In this document: positions 46,261 to 59,200 of the stretch, in pieces
Position numbering within the stretch: the first letter of the stretch is position 1
Layout of the letters: each line of letters opens with the position of its first letter
Assembly: GCF_000150275.1 (NCBI RefSeq)
Contig: NW_002060958.1
Location: 938,272-1,002,271, forward strand
DNA length: 64,000 nt
Source: Trichoplax adhaerens
Taxonomy: Eukaryota > Animalia > Placozoa
Direction: 5' to 3'
Made by a program: the position numbers and the translations under genes
The notes under the pieces: generated by a model
Seen by the model: the letters and a program-made list of their open reading frames with translations, nothing else
Databases searched by the model: none
Told to the model about the DNA's origin: nothing

Positions 46261-49069
46261 ACTCCATCTTCATCATCATTTGATCTCTCGAAGAAGAGAG
46301 GGCAATCAAATCAAGTTAATAAAATCAAACAAATCCTCCTTTCTCAATGCTTTGAACTCATGTGGATTACGCGTTTACAAACAACTTGCCAAGTTATGTC
46401 TAGCATGGATAGTCGGTGGGTTCAATAACATCATCCAGTGGATTAATTCATTCATTCATGATAATTAGTTGTTAGTTTAGAGGTCAATCAATCTATGGAT
46501 AATTGGCCATGACTTTATTTTGATTCTGGTATCGGGTTGTGTGATTACGTCTAATTGAGCTCATAGAGTGGGAATTCTCCCATCTTGATCATCTTGGCAG
46601 GGGGACGTTGTCTACTTTTGACGTCGAGAAAATTCGACTTTTCCAATCAATCCTACTAATAAAATACAAACTAACCCGACGACTACCCCTCTTAGTCCTC
46701 AGACTCTTTCTAGAAAGGCATGATTTACAGTAGTCTTCATTACCAACATGGCGATGAAAATGAACTTGAGATTGCAATCCAAGTCTAGATTTCATGTTGT
46801 GGCGTTGATAAATACTGCGGACAAATACAAGTTAGCTGGCACAAAGAGCAGGCATTTTCTCAGTGATTTTAGCCTGTATTCACGGCAAAGAGATGGATGA
46901 AAATCAACTTAAGATTGAATCCAAGTTGATTTTCATATTGTAGTGTCTAATCAATACCAATGGTTCTCCATCTGAGGATTCGCATGGCGATTTTAGCCTG
47001 GATGAAAATAAACTGCAATGGAATCCAAATGCATTTTCATCTTGCAGCGTCTAGTCGGATTCCCCCACCCCCGTTGGAAGCCATAATCCAACGATGGATA
47101 AATACGACTAGATCATTTACTGCTGTAGAAGAAGTAAGCCATGATGATTGTATAAACTCACTAGCCAGCCTCGATCAACAACTTGATGATGAAGAAAAAG
47201 AGACGGGAGATTCAATTTAAGTCTATTCTCAGCTTTGTAGAAGGGCATGAATTAGCTTGCCTATCCATGCCTTCATGAATGTTATCCTACTCCATTGATC
47301 GACCAACCACTATAATCCCCATCCTCCTTGATCATCAAACGCGCTCTCTAGCCTCGAATAACGGCATGATGGACCCAAAAAATCAACTCAAGATTCAATC
47401 CAAGTGCACTTTTAGTAGTTTACGTATATTTTGACCATTCATCTGGTATCCTATAGCTTGCATCGAGAACGTTGTCCATTATTCATTGGTGATGGACGAT
47501 AGTCCACTCATCCTAGCATGGTTTAACTTAGGGTAAATATGGATGGATCGTATCGCAACCGTGGATAAATGGACAGTCTAAGCAAGACTATCCATGCAGT
47601 ACTACTGGATTTGAATGCTGTCAATTGTCATCTAGCCTTGATGCTTTTAAAATATCGTCATGGATGAAAGTGTTGACTAGTAATTTTTGACGTCTGTTGA
47701 ATCAAGACAGATTAGTCATGTCGTCGCAACAATCTGCTGACAAATACAACCTTGTGTTATGACTACGTTTGAATGGTTTGCATGCACTATCCGACTACAA
47801 AATTTGACAAATTTGTCCATTTTCGACATCACGGCAAGATCCAATCCAAGACAGTCTATCCTTGGCATCGTTTCTTGCTTTGAAATATGCCTTGTCCTCG
47901 TCGATAGAATGAATGCAATCTTCTTTCTGTATCCTTTCTATCGCCAACTTGACGATGAGCAAGAAGGACTGGATCGATCATGGCAGCAATGAATCCACTA
48001 CAATTGCTATCCGCTGTTTGTTATCCTATCCTTGAACTACTCGATCTGATCCATGGCCAAAAGAAAGCGTGGAGTAAAAGCCCTCTTTGCGTTGGACGAT
48101 ACCTTGTCGATACGATCAAATCAACTTGCTTTCCGATAGAAGAAATACCCTAGGATAGCTGCTATCCTCTTCAAGAAATAAACACGATGGCAATTGGGTT
48201 GCTCAATGGGCCACCAGTAGGAATACAATCCTTATCCTATAGATCAACAACGCGATCCAATCCATCGCCATAAAAAAAGAAGAGACTAAACATCGCCATC
48301 GTCTGTTGATGATAGCTTACCGTCTAGGTTTATTTGCAATCAAGGCGCTTTTGCTAGAGGAAATATTCCCGTTACCATGAGCATGATTTTTTTTTTAGCC
48401 CGTAAGAAATGAATTGGATTGCCAGTTTACCCACTGGATCAATGGGCCCATTGGTTACTATGGCTAAGTAGTAGCAAGGCGATGATAAATCTATGGATCA
48501 ATCACTTGATCCGATCCATCATAACAGAAAAGAAGAGATAATTTAACCGGCATCCAGTGTGGATGGCAGTTTTCCAGCTTGGATGAAACTCCAATCAGCG
48601 CCTTCCCGCTAGAAGAATTGCCCCTTTACTTTAACACTACAGTACAATAGTTTCGCATTTTAGCCGGCAAGAAACAGCTATAAATCAATGGGCCCCTATG
48701 GCTAAGCAGTAGTAAGGCGATGATGATCCTATGGATTAACAACTTGATCCAATCCATCCTAACAGAAAAGACGAGACAGACCAATCTGCCATCCACGGTG
48801 GATGGCAGATTGTAGACTAACTGGAAATCAACGCGTCTTCCCTTGGAAGCAATGCCCGCCGTTCATCATATTAGAGCAAGTTGATTGTCAGCAATGGCTC
48901 AAGCCTAGCAATCGGATCCTGTTGAAACAACAACAACGTTGTCTAATCCATCCTAACATGAAAGAAGGATCAACTGGATCAACCATCGTCAACGATGGCA
49001 AAAGTTGATTAACACATCAGGTGAAGAAATGCCCCCCCTCCATCCATCAGAATGAAGATCGATCCGATT

Positions 49070-49760
49070 GCTACTGGATCGATTGATTGTCTCCAATGGC
49101 TCAATAGTAGCAATGCTATCCTGTTGAACAACAACAACACTGTGTAATCCATCCCAACATGAAAGAAGAATCAACTACTCCTGTATCACCATCGATCGAT
49201 GCATCCATCCATCCTAATGAAGAGAAGAAGTAGCTGGCAGAAAGCAGAAAGAGATCGCCTTACTTCTGGATCGATTGATGATCTTCCATGACTCAATGGT
49301 AGCAATGCTATCCTATTGAACAACAACAACACTGTGTAATCCATCCCAATATGAAAGAAGAATCAACTACTCCTGTATCACCATCGATCAATGCATCCAT
49401 CCATCCTAATGAAGAGAAGAAGTAGCTGGCAGAAAGCAAGAAAGAGATCGCCTTACTTCTGGATCGATTGATGATCTTCCATGACTCAATGGTAGCAATG
49501 CTATCCTATTGAACAACAACAACACTGTGTAATCCATCCCAATATGAAAGAAGAATCAACTACTCCTGTATCACCATCGATCAATGCATCCATCCATCCT
49601 AATGAAGAGAAGAAGTAGCTGGCAGAAAGCAAGAAAGAGATCGCCTTGCTACTGGATCGATTGATGATCTTCCATGACTCAATGGTAACAATGCTGTCCA
49701 ATTGAACAACAACAACACTGTCTAATCCATCGCAACACGAAAGAAGACTCAACTACTCCT
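49070..49760. repeat. ~193-bp tandem repeat (~3.5 copies, with diverged copies upstream)
   Basis: tgt(g/c)taatccatc recurs at 49141, 49333, 49526 and 49719. Confidence 0.92.
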
Positions 49761-50689
49761 ATTTTGGCATCGTTGATGGTAAAACTTGATCAACGTATCT
49801 GCTGATGGAAGAAATGCCCCCCACCGTCCCTTCCATACTTGCTTTCGTCCCCATAAGCAAGAAGAAAGCGATTGGATTGCAACATTGATGGCCCCCCCCA
49901 ACAACTGCATCCAAGCAAAACGATCAACATACCTGACAACGATTTTCTACCCCTCTTGCTCGTGTTCTCCAAGTCCTCCTTCTCCTTGATCGAATAGCCA
50001 GTCAATGCAGCCAGTATGGACTCTATCAACAAGTTCAACGATTTCAACTACATGTGCAATAGCAATCTAATTGCCATCGACGATTGCGAACTGCTTGAAT
50101 TCAATTTGATTTCTCCTCCACTTGCCAAGATTGCCTTGACTACACCACCAAGACCCCGGGCAGTTTGACCATGGGTGGTCCAACGCCCGGTGTAGTAACC
50201 ATGTACGGTGGGCATCACCGTGGTCATTGCCTGGTGAGTCTACTGCTTGTATAGTGATCAATAGTGCATGGAGACATGTTTGCGTACTAGGACTAGACAA
50301 GGGTGAGTGCGGCGTGGTGACGTGACGCTTTGGATGTCAGAGGATGGTATTCAATCTAGTCTGGAGTACTGTGTCCCATGTAAGAGATTGCAATTATAGT
50401 CTTAGACCAGACACAATGCAAAAATGCAGTCGATGGCACAGATTGGGGTAGGCCCTAGTCTGTCTGTCTGGCCCCAGTCTGTCCATCATCCTCAACGATC
50501 GTATTTTAGGCATTTCTACGCCTTTAAGCAAACCGATAGATGGCCTACAGCCTTGTAAGACATCTATTCTCTTGATGACACTAGGCAAAAGGAGGAAAAC
50601 TCCAACTCGATGAGTGCAAAACAACAATTGTAGCCATCCACACCGAGCTTGCCGGTATGGCCATATTGGAGTACTTTCAGCCCAGACTA

Positions 50690-50830
50690 GTCAGGCCGGC
50701 ACGGTACGGTACGGTACGGAACGCAAGACGGCACCGTACCGTAGACACTCACCAAATGACGTCACTTCCAGCGACCTCGCTGTAGTCATAGCAACCAACT
50801 CGGTCATTCTCCTGCGCCGAGATGAGCTAG
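50690..50830. promoter_or_regulatory. CpG-rich putative (bidirectional) promoter with (ACGGT)n repeats and an overlapping CRE/ETS-like motif
   Basis: acggtacggtacggtacgg...accgtaccgt at 50701-50742; TGACGTCACTTCC at 50757-50769; among the most GC-rich patches of the window. Confidence 0.5.
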
Positions 50831-51529
50831 ACGAAAAGAAATGTTGACATCGAGGCTGGCAAACATAACAGTATTTCAAGGCCATTCTACTCTAGTATTT
50901 TATTTCGTTGACATTGTACAATCATAGCACAATCGTGCTAACACAGTAAGATCGATTAAGCTAGACTCCAACTGTTATTGATTCTTCCTAGACATGGGGC
51001 AGTTTACCACTTGATGGCATCCAGTCGTTCATTTATGGCCAGGTATTGCCAACATCAAGCTTGGAAGAGTGTTCATGATCAATCAATCAATCAATCGCCA
51101 ATGTGGTGTAGACTCGCTACTGATTCGCTCTATTCCTAAGTGGTTAGAAAGGCTTACGTGCATAAATTCAATTTTAAGCCCACTATCGCAAGGGAGGAAT
51201 GAATCATGTTGAGAAAGCTTTCACTCGAGTAGGAGCACATGTCCTTTTTCCAAATAGGATCAGGCTCTTAATATAGACTCTGCTATTTTAGGAATATTGG
51301 TATGCCCATAAACACCAATCAATTCTCATTCGTGGTTACTTTTAGAGTAATGCAAACTACAAAGTTATATCCAATTCTTCCATTTCAATAATTTCACAAA
51401 ATAGCGTGTCAACAAGGCTGTAGTCATGAGCGCAATCGGACAGCTCTAAAAAATAGCTTATTTGCAGATGCGTCAGGATGTATTGGCACGGCCGATACTA
51501 TCAAGATAGTCCTACAGTATAGTTAAAAT

Positions 51530-52722
51530 TGATCTCGATCAATACCATCAAAGTATTTCTACAGTTATAAAATCGTACAAGTATTATTCACATCAACCTC
51601 GGGATGTCCTGATGACCAAAATTCGGTCAATACCACCAAGATATTTCTACAGTCAAGATCCAATACAAGTATTATTCAGATCGATCTCAGGATGTACTTG
51701 TGCGGCAAATTCGGTTCGGTCAATACCACTAAGATATCTCTATACCCATAAAGTATAAGTACTATTCAGACCTATCTCAAGATGTACTTGTGCGGTAAAT
51801 TCAATCAATACCACCAAAACACTTCGATAGTCATAAAATTGTACAAGTATTATTGAGATTTATCTCAGGATGCACTTATGCAGTAAATTAGGTCAATACT
51901 CCAAGACGTTTCTTTAGCATTATTCGGATCGATCTCACCATGTACTTGTGCGATCAATTCGGTCAATACCACTATTATTTTCGTGGCAATAAGCAAATAC
52001 TGTACTGCATCTATATATAACAACCACCAAGACACTTTTACAGTTACAAGTACAAGTAGTATTCGGATCGATCTCACGATGTACTCGTGCTGTCAATTCG
52101 GTCAATACAACCAAGATATTTCTACAGTTAGAAGTACAAGTATTATTCGGATCGATCTCACGATGTACTTGTGCTGTCAATTCGGTCAATACCACCAACA
52201 CATTTCTACAGTTACAAGTACAAGTATTATTCGGATCGATCTCACGATGTACTTGTGCTGTCAATTCGGTCAATGCCACCAACACATTTCTACAGTTATA
52301 AGTACAAGTATTATTCGGATCGATCCCACGATGTACTTATACGGTCGGAATGAATATAATATATCTATTATATAAATTCAATTCGGTCAATGCCACCAAG
52401 ATACTTCCATAGCCAGAAGTACAAGTATTATTCAAATCAATCTTAGCATCAGATAGACACTACCTAGCATGTATTTGTGCGGTCAATTTGGTCCATGCCA
52501 CCAAGACATTTCTACGTCCAGAAGTGCAAGTATTATTCAGATCGATCTCAGAATGTACTTGTGCGTAAATTCGGTCAATACCAACAAGACATTTCTGTAG
52601 CCAGAAGTACAAGTATTATTCAGATCGAACTCAGGATGTACTTGTGCGGTAAATTCGGTCAATAACACCAAGACATTTCCGTAGCCAGAACTGAAGTATT
52701 ATTCAGATCGATCTCAGGATGT
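51530..52722. repeat. ~84-bp tandem repeat (about 12 copies, homogeneous core 52030-52340)
   Basis: Unit caagtattattcggatcgatctcacgatgtacttgtgctgtcaattcggtcaataccaccaa...; tattattcgg at 52141 and 52225. Confidence 0.92.
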
Positions 52723-54299
52723 AATGCTATAGGTCACTGACGGCAGTGCCATAAGCTGATTACCATAAAACCATATCACGTATTTGGATATACCCCAAGC
52801 CATGTCTTGATTTCAGTACTGCGACGAGTTAAATTACAGCACATTATTCCAATATTTGCACAAGTGCTATCAATACTACCCATGACATACGCGTGCTTTA
52901 ACACAATAGCAAAAATTAATCGATGGAATCATTCATTACCGGTATTCAATAGCATTAAATATTCATATATCATGTTGAATGCTGATAGCAATAATTAATT
53001 GTACTCAAGATTTTATATTAAATTGCTGTATTTCAAATTCAGAACATTGTTCAGTCTTGATCAATTTATCGTAGTAATCGAAAGTAAAAGTTTGCATATT
53101 AATTAATGAATATTGTTCATTTTAATTGATTATAGATTGTCACCTCCCAAGAAGATGGTGAAGAACACAAGGATGATGATGATAATAATGTTAACTCATG
53201 CTATTTACTAGTAATTATTAAATGTATAGCCTTTCAACCTTTCAAAATTGCATTCGACGATCTGCATTGAGCAACACTCGCTACGGGTACACACTCCAAT
53301 GTGAATCGATCTTACAGGCCCATTTTAGAGAGGATCATTTTGCGACAATGTGTAAGCATATCAATGAAAGTAATAACTTGAGTAACGATTGTTAATTCAA
53401 GACTAACTTTCGTTTTATCCACAACTGTATTTCAAGCAGCAATCACCACATCACCAGATAGACAAGGTATTGTCTCTCTATCCCATGTGTCATAACCAAT
53501 ACTATTATCAAGCACACCTCTTTGCGTAAATTGCTTCAAATGGATGCACCATTGCATTAATGATAAGTCAATGCTTCATCAGACAATCTATTTCTTCTAA
53601 TTGATCCTAAATGAGTCATATCTCCCATTCTACGTTTTGCTATTTGTAAATCAATCGATTACAATTATTGCCAATACTACAGATAGCCAGGGTGTAGAGT
53701 AAATAAGCCATATTTTATTACTGTATAACAAAAAATACCATTGCATTATACGTACAATTATGAGCTTCATCGTACTTCTGATTAATTCTAAATAGAATCA
53801 TAGCTCCTATTCTTGTACATCTTGGTATTTGTAAATCAACCGATTGTTGCCTATACTCTAGATAACAAACGTGTAGCGTAAAAGCGATACTTTAGTGCGT
53901 AACAAAAATTACCATTGCCTTATATACAACGTATGTGGTTATGAGTCAATACTTCATCATACGTCCATTCTAAATTCTCCTAATTAATTCTAAGTAAAGT
54001 CGCACAAGATCTCGTAATCTACATCTTGGTATTTATAAATCAACTGATTGTTGCCAAATACTACACATCAACAGAACGTCTAGAAGGTAAGCGATACTTT
54101 GCATAAAACAAAAATACCACATTGCAAACGGCAGGATACAAAATTATGTAGACTACGCGTAGAAATTACGCATCATGCGTCCGTTTATTGCAATCAAGCT
54201 GAGCTTTAAACTTGATACAAGTTTATATGAATAAAATGTGAATACTGCCCTTTATCAAATGGTAAAGTAGAAATCGATCCACAATAAAGTAGATGTTAC

Positions 54300-54870
54300 T
54301 TCATATGAGTAAACCGTGAATACTACCCATTGCCAAACAGTAAAGGCTAACTATAAAGTAGATGCTACTTTGCATACAGGTATATGAATAAACCGTGAAT
54401 ACTACCCATTGCCAAACAGTAAGGGCTAACTATAAAGTAGACTTTGCATACAGGTATATGAATAAACCGTGAATACTACCCATTACCAAACAGTAAAGGC
54501 TAACTATAAAGTAGATGCTATTTTGCATACAGGTATATGAATAAACCGTGAATACTACACATTGCCAAACAGTAAGGGCTAACTATAAAGTAGACTTTGC
54601 ATACAGGTATATGAATAAACCGTGAATACTACCCATTACCAAACAGTAAAGGCTAACTATAAAGTAGATGCTATTTTGCACACAGGTATATGAATAAACT
54701 GTTAATACTGACCTTAGCCAAACAGTAAAGTAAAATCAGTAGGAATCGACAAAGTATAAAGTAGATGTTATCCTACATACAGGCATATGAATAAAGCGTT
54801 AAAACTAACCTTTGCCAAACTGTAAAGCAAAATAAGTAGCAATCAGTCAACTATAAAGTAGATGCTACTT
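54300..54870. repeat. 79/74-bp alternating tandem repeat (153-bp higher-order unit)
   Basis: taaac(c/t)gt recurs at 54310, 54389, 54463, 54542, 54616 and 54695. Confidence 0.9.
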
Positions 54871-56289
54871 TATTGTATCCAACCAACACCATACACCATG
54901 ACGGCATGACTTTAACACAAAACTAGCGATGTAAAGTCAATCTGTAGAAATAAATCAATTATTCTGCAATTTAAGCTTAACGAGCGGAAATGATCTACTC
55001 GTAAAATAAATTACTTTCTTGTTAATCAGCTGCAAAAGGGCACCACCTACGATTATACTGCATACCACACAGTCCAGTAGAAACAACTGTTATGGTAGCA
55101 GCACTAGGGTAGTAAATAAATCATTCAATAGTTATACCAATCCATCATTCGTACTGTAGCACAACTTTGTGTATCATCATGATGGTATCCAATCGATAGC
55201 ATAAAAGGATACAACACTGAATCAAATACTTCTCAATGACACACAAAACACCTTTGCATTTATATCGATACTGTACAGATATTTTTTTTATTAATGTTTT
55301 GCATTACAATAACGGTAGCAATCGTTTTAAGATTGACAATTTAAATCAATATACATTTCAATTGATGATAATTACCCATTGAATTTTTAAGTTTGTCAAG
55401 TGCAAGTACACCAGTATCAATACGTATGTATCAAGCGAGATCAATTTAAACTTAATCTTACATGCTATTAACAAAGCATAAGATAACATACATCAATGTA
55501 TACATCGATCATATATATCTATATATACAGTATATTATGTTTACGCCGTACGTCCCCTTCAGTTTAGACGAAAAGTTGGACTCGATTTGATAATAACTTA
55601 ATGCTGTGCAATGTTGCTAAACTTAGCCCAGTAGTGTGTGCAATTGAACCACTATCGCGCAACCTAGATCGGATTCATCTTCCTTCAGGACACTATCGCG
55701 CCATCCAAAACAGTTGTTGGAAGAAAATCAACAACAAAACATGAGAACTGATTTAAAATTGTATTTACATAAAGCCATCTTACGTCATTAACTTTTTTTT
55801 TTATCAATATCAAGAGTACAACCTTCCTTGTATGCCTGTAGTAGTACTAGTAATAAGTGTATTAATACAATGGAATACAGTAGGAACATTTCCTTCTCGC
55901 TATCTATACTGTACGCATGTAGATATTACAAGCGTCATAGTAGATCGATATTCCTTTGAACTTGGATCTACCTATCCTGCCTACTGCCATAGTGGATACC
56001 ACTACCACCACTTACGTCTGTCGTAAATAATCTACATACCATAATTATTCTTGTGTAGCAACAAAATATTACTTTTCCACCCTATGCCGTTATAACAATT
56101 ATCATCATCATCGAGTTAAGAAACAGTCAGTGTTCAAATTTTTTGGCTTTTAAATTGAATTAGAATATCCTCTTTTTCCAAATTCAACATTAATACATCT
56201 GAACAATTACAGGGGACTTATGTAGCGGCTTTCAGACAGGATTATAATAAGCTGACTCCATTCTAATTTTTCCATCTACCGACCATAGT

Positions 56290-59200
56290 CTATCTTTTGG
56301 TTAACTTTAACACTAACGGATGCTTACTTTCGTCCTGGCTTTTAACTTTTTCATTTTTATTGCTCCAAGCAATCGACCAATTGGTGTTACCGTTATCTTG
56401 CACATTGATAGCATCATCATGTTCAACATATCCACTTTTAGCGCTATCATCTTCTGCCCATGTTATCGGCTCAGGCTCCAGTAATGCTTGTAATTCTTCT
56501 CCTTTGCATAGCGGAAATTGCCTCTTTATCCATGGTGATGTTAATGCGGATGGTGTATCCCACATATCAGTCCTTCCAGTCGGTGTCGACACTGATGTCG
56601 AGCTATTACTACGACTTGATCTACGACTGGAGATTGCTTTACTTTCATCCATGACAAAATTTTTTAATGATGCATCATGGTCAATAAAAATATTGCTAAT
56701 ATTATGAATAGGCGTTGATGGAGTGATTTCTGTCGAGCTACCATTTTGGCTATGTGTTCTACTCTTTTTCTTGATATAGGAGGTATAAAATTTCATTCTT
56801 TCTTCAAGTTCATACTTTGCGTGTCGCTTGATAAAAATAGTATCCGACAAATCTTCACACTAATTATACGTCGGAAAAGAATAATGAAAAAAATTAGCAA
56901 TAACCAACATGACTTTAAACAGTAAGAAAGATACGTTTGTTCTTTCATGTTTTGAAATTGTAATATCATTTATTGCGGAAAAGTATGTTTATATATATCT
57001 ATTTTAATGGCTATTGAATTGAACAATTTTTTTACTGCTTTCATCCACTTGTGTCACTGACTGTTTTACACTTACTACAATAACGCTATGCTTACTACCT
57101 CAACAATAAAACAAGATATATATATATATATAACAATCTCGATACCTCATTCATGTTGTCAACAGGATTGGTGGTGGTGGTAGTGGAGGCGGTAGTAGTA
57201 GTAGTATTATTATTTTGCTTGACGTTATCGCTTGTACCATTATTGACATTACTTGTTGGCTGTACATGAGGTACAGATGGGTCCATTTTACTCTCATCTA
57301 CCTTCAACTGTACGCTATCTACAGTTGTAGTAGTAGTATTGGTACAATTGGTGTTATTTTTATTCTTTTTCTTACTTTCACCTAATGACACCGATACAGA
57401 ATGGCTTGAATGACTACCATCAAAACGACTATTTCCCTTCAATTCCTCGTTACTATGATGCGTAGGTGATACTGCATTGACATGATGTTCAATATTGTTG
57501 GCTGTATTATGACACGAATTGGTTCCATTGACATTACTCGTATTACTTGTATTATTCTCCATAGCGTTATCATCATTATCATCATCGTTGTTCGATGTTA
57601 ACGTTGGCTGATCACCATCAAATTTGGGTTTTTTAATTAATCTCCAACTCGGTGTTAAAATCTCTTTATATTGAGGCTTTTCAACACGCGTTGCCGATGC
57701 AATTGAATAAGGTATAACAATATTATTGATATCGAAAGCAGTAGAACTGCCTCTCTTTCTTTTCGACGATACCGATTGAACACTTGTAATATTATTTCGT
57801 AAGACTGAAGCTGGTAATGAAGCAGATAATCTAGTCGGTGTTTCAATAGGATGTCGTTGACTAGGTGTACTTTTATTTCTATTTAAATTTGAAGTAACGG
57901 TAGGAATTTGTTCTATAAAAAAAAGAGATTGAAAAAAAAAAAAAGAAGAAAAATTATTATACAATAACCATGAAGATAAATATGGTATTAACCAAAAATG
58001 ATATCGTTCAACTGCATCCATTGATTTCAACTTGTCTATCGAGATAAATTCTAACTGAGTGTAGTAGGCAATTTACTTTCCTTTTACTACTTTATATTAC
58101 AATTTAAAAACTAAAAGTTATTGTTGTAAAATAGCATAACTGATAAATAATACTTGATGTTTACATTAGTATTATCTCCATAGCGTTTTACTACGTTTTC
58201 ATTGTTCATTTATAAGTGATGAATACTTTACTTTTTATTTATTTTTTTTTTTCTTCTCCTTTATTTTATCTCATTTCATGAATTTTACTTACCTTGGCTC
58301 GATTTACGTTTCTTGCAATCACTTTGTGATAATTTTGTCGTGTTATTGTCACTTTTACGATTTTTGGGTGTTGCTGAATTCGATTGGCTTTCTACTTATT
58401 CATATAATAGAATGCAAGGATATTAATCACTTTAAACAAACGTATAACATTTCTAGACTAGTGATAGATGAAAAATTGGACTCGGACATATCTCTATCTG
58501 CATAAATTAACTTATAACAAGCTAAGCTATATAAGGGGTAATGTAGAATTGTCGTTGAATTAAAATATCTACCGTAGAAAGTATACACGTATTGTCTGCA
58601 CTCTTTCTCACCTATTGAATTATACAATACAGTCCAATAACAATCATACTTACTATATGATTTCATCATCGCGGAACTAGCGCTCTTGGATAATGTTGGC
58701 TTTTTCCGAACTTTCTTTATCGCTGGAACTTTGGTATCTGACTTGGATAATCTATCATTTTCAAGAAGGGCAAAGTTAAATTTAGGTTTGTATCGATATT
58801 TATCGCAATAATAAAAAATGTTGCTTATTTAAAGGGCCATTTCATATTGAAGCATGTTGTGTGATATATATATTGTATTTCATCTAATTACAGAAACTTT
58901 TGGCTTGTAGGATGGATTCTATATTGAAGCATGTTGTGTGATATATATATTGTATTTCATCTAATTACAGAAACTTTTGGCTTGTAGGATGGATTCTATA
59001 TTGAAGCATGTTGTGTGATATATATATTGTATTTCATCTAATTACAGAAACTTTTGGCTTGTAGGATGGATTCTATATTGAAGCATGTTAGGTGATCTAC
59101 AGTATATCGTATTTATAGTAATTATTTCAAATTTTACTTATTTTGATGTATTCTATATTGAAGCATCTTAAGTGATATATATATCGTATATACTAATGAC

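Larger units (their letters stand above)
50992..55125 (+). other. Candidate spliced transcript of unknown function (small protein or lncRNA)
   Basis: Exon-like blocks with AG/GT ends at 50992-51042, 53136-53157, 53230-53351 (GTAAG donor, one open frame), 53437/53440-53466 (CTAAC branch at ~53402), and a terminal exon from 55030 with AATAAA at 55115. No recognisable homology. Confidence 0.3.

Noticed and set aside
51865-52665. Repetitive ORFs (HREIDPNNTC, IIRIDLTMY)
   Set aside because: They arise from the 84-bp (multiple-of-three) tandem repeat.
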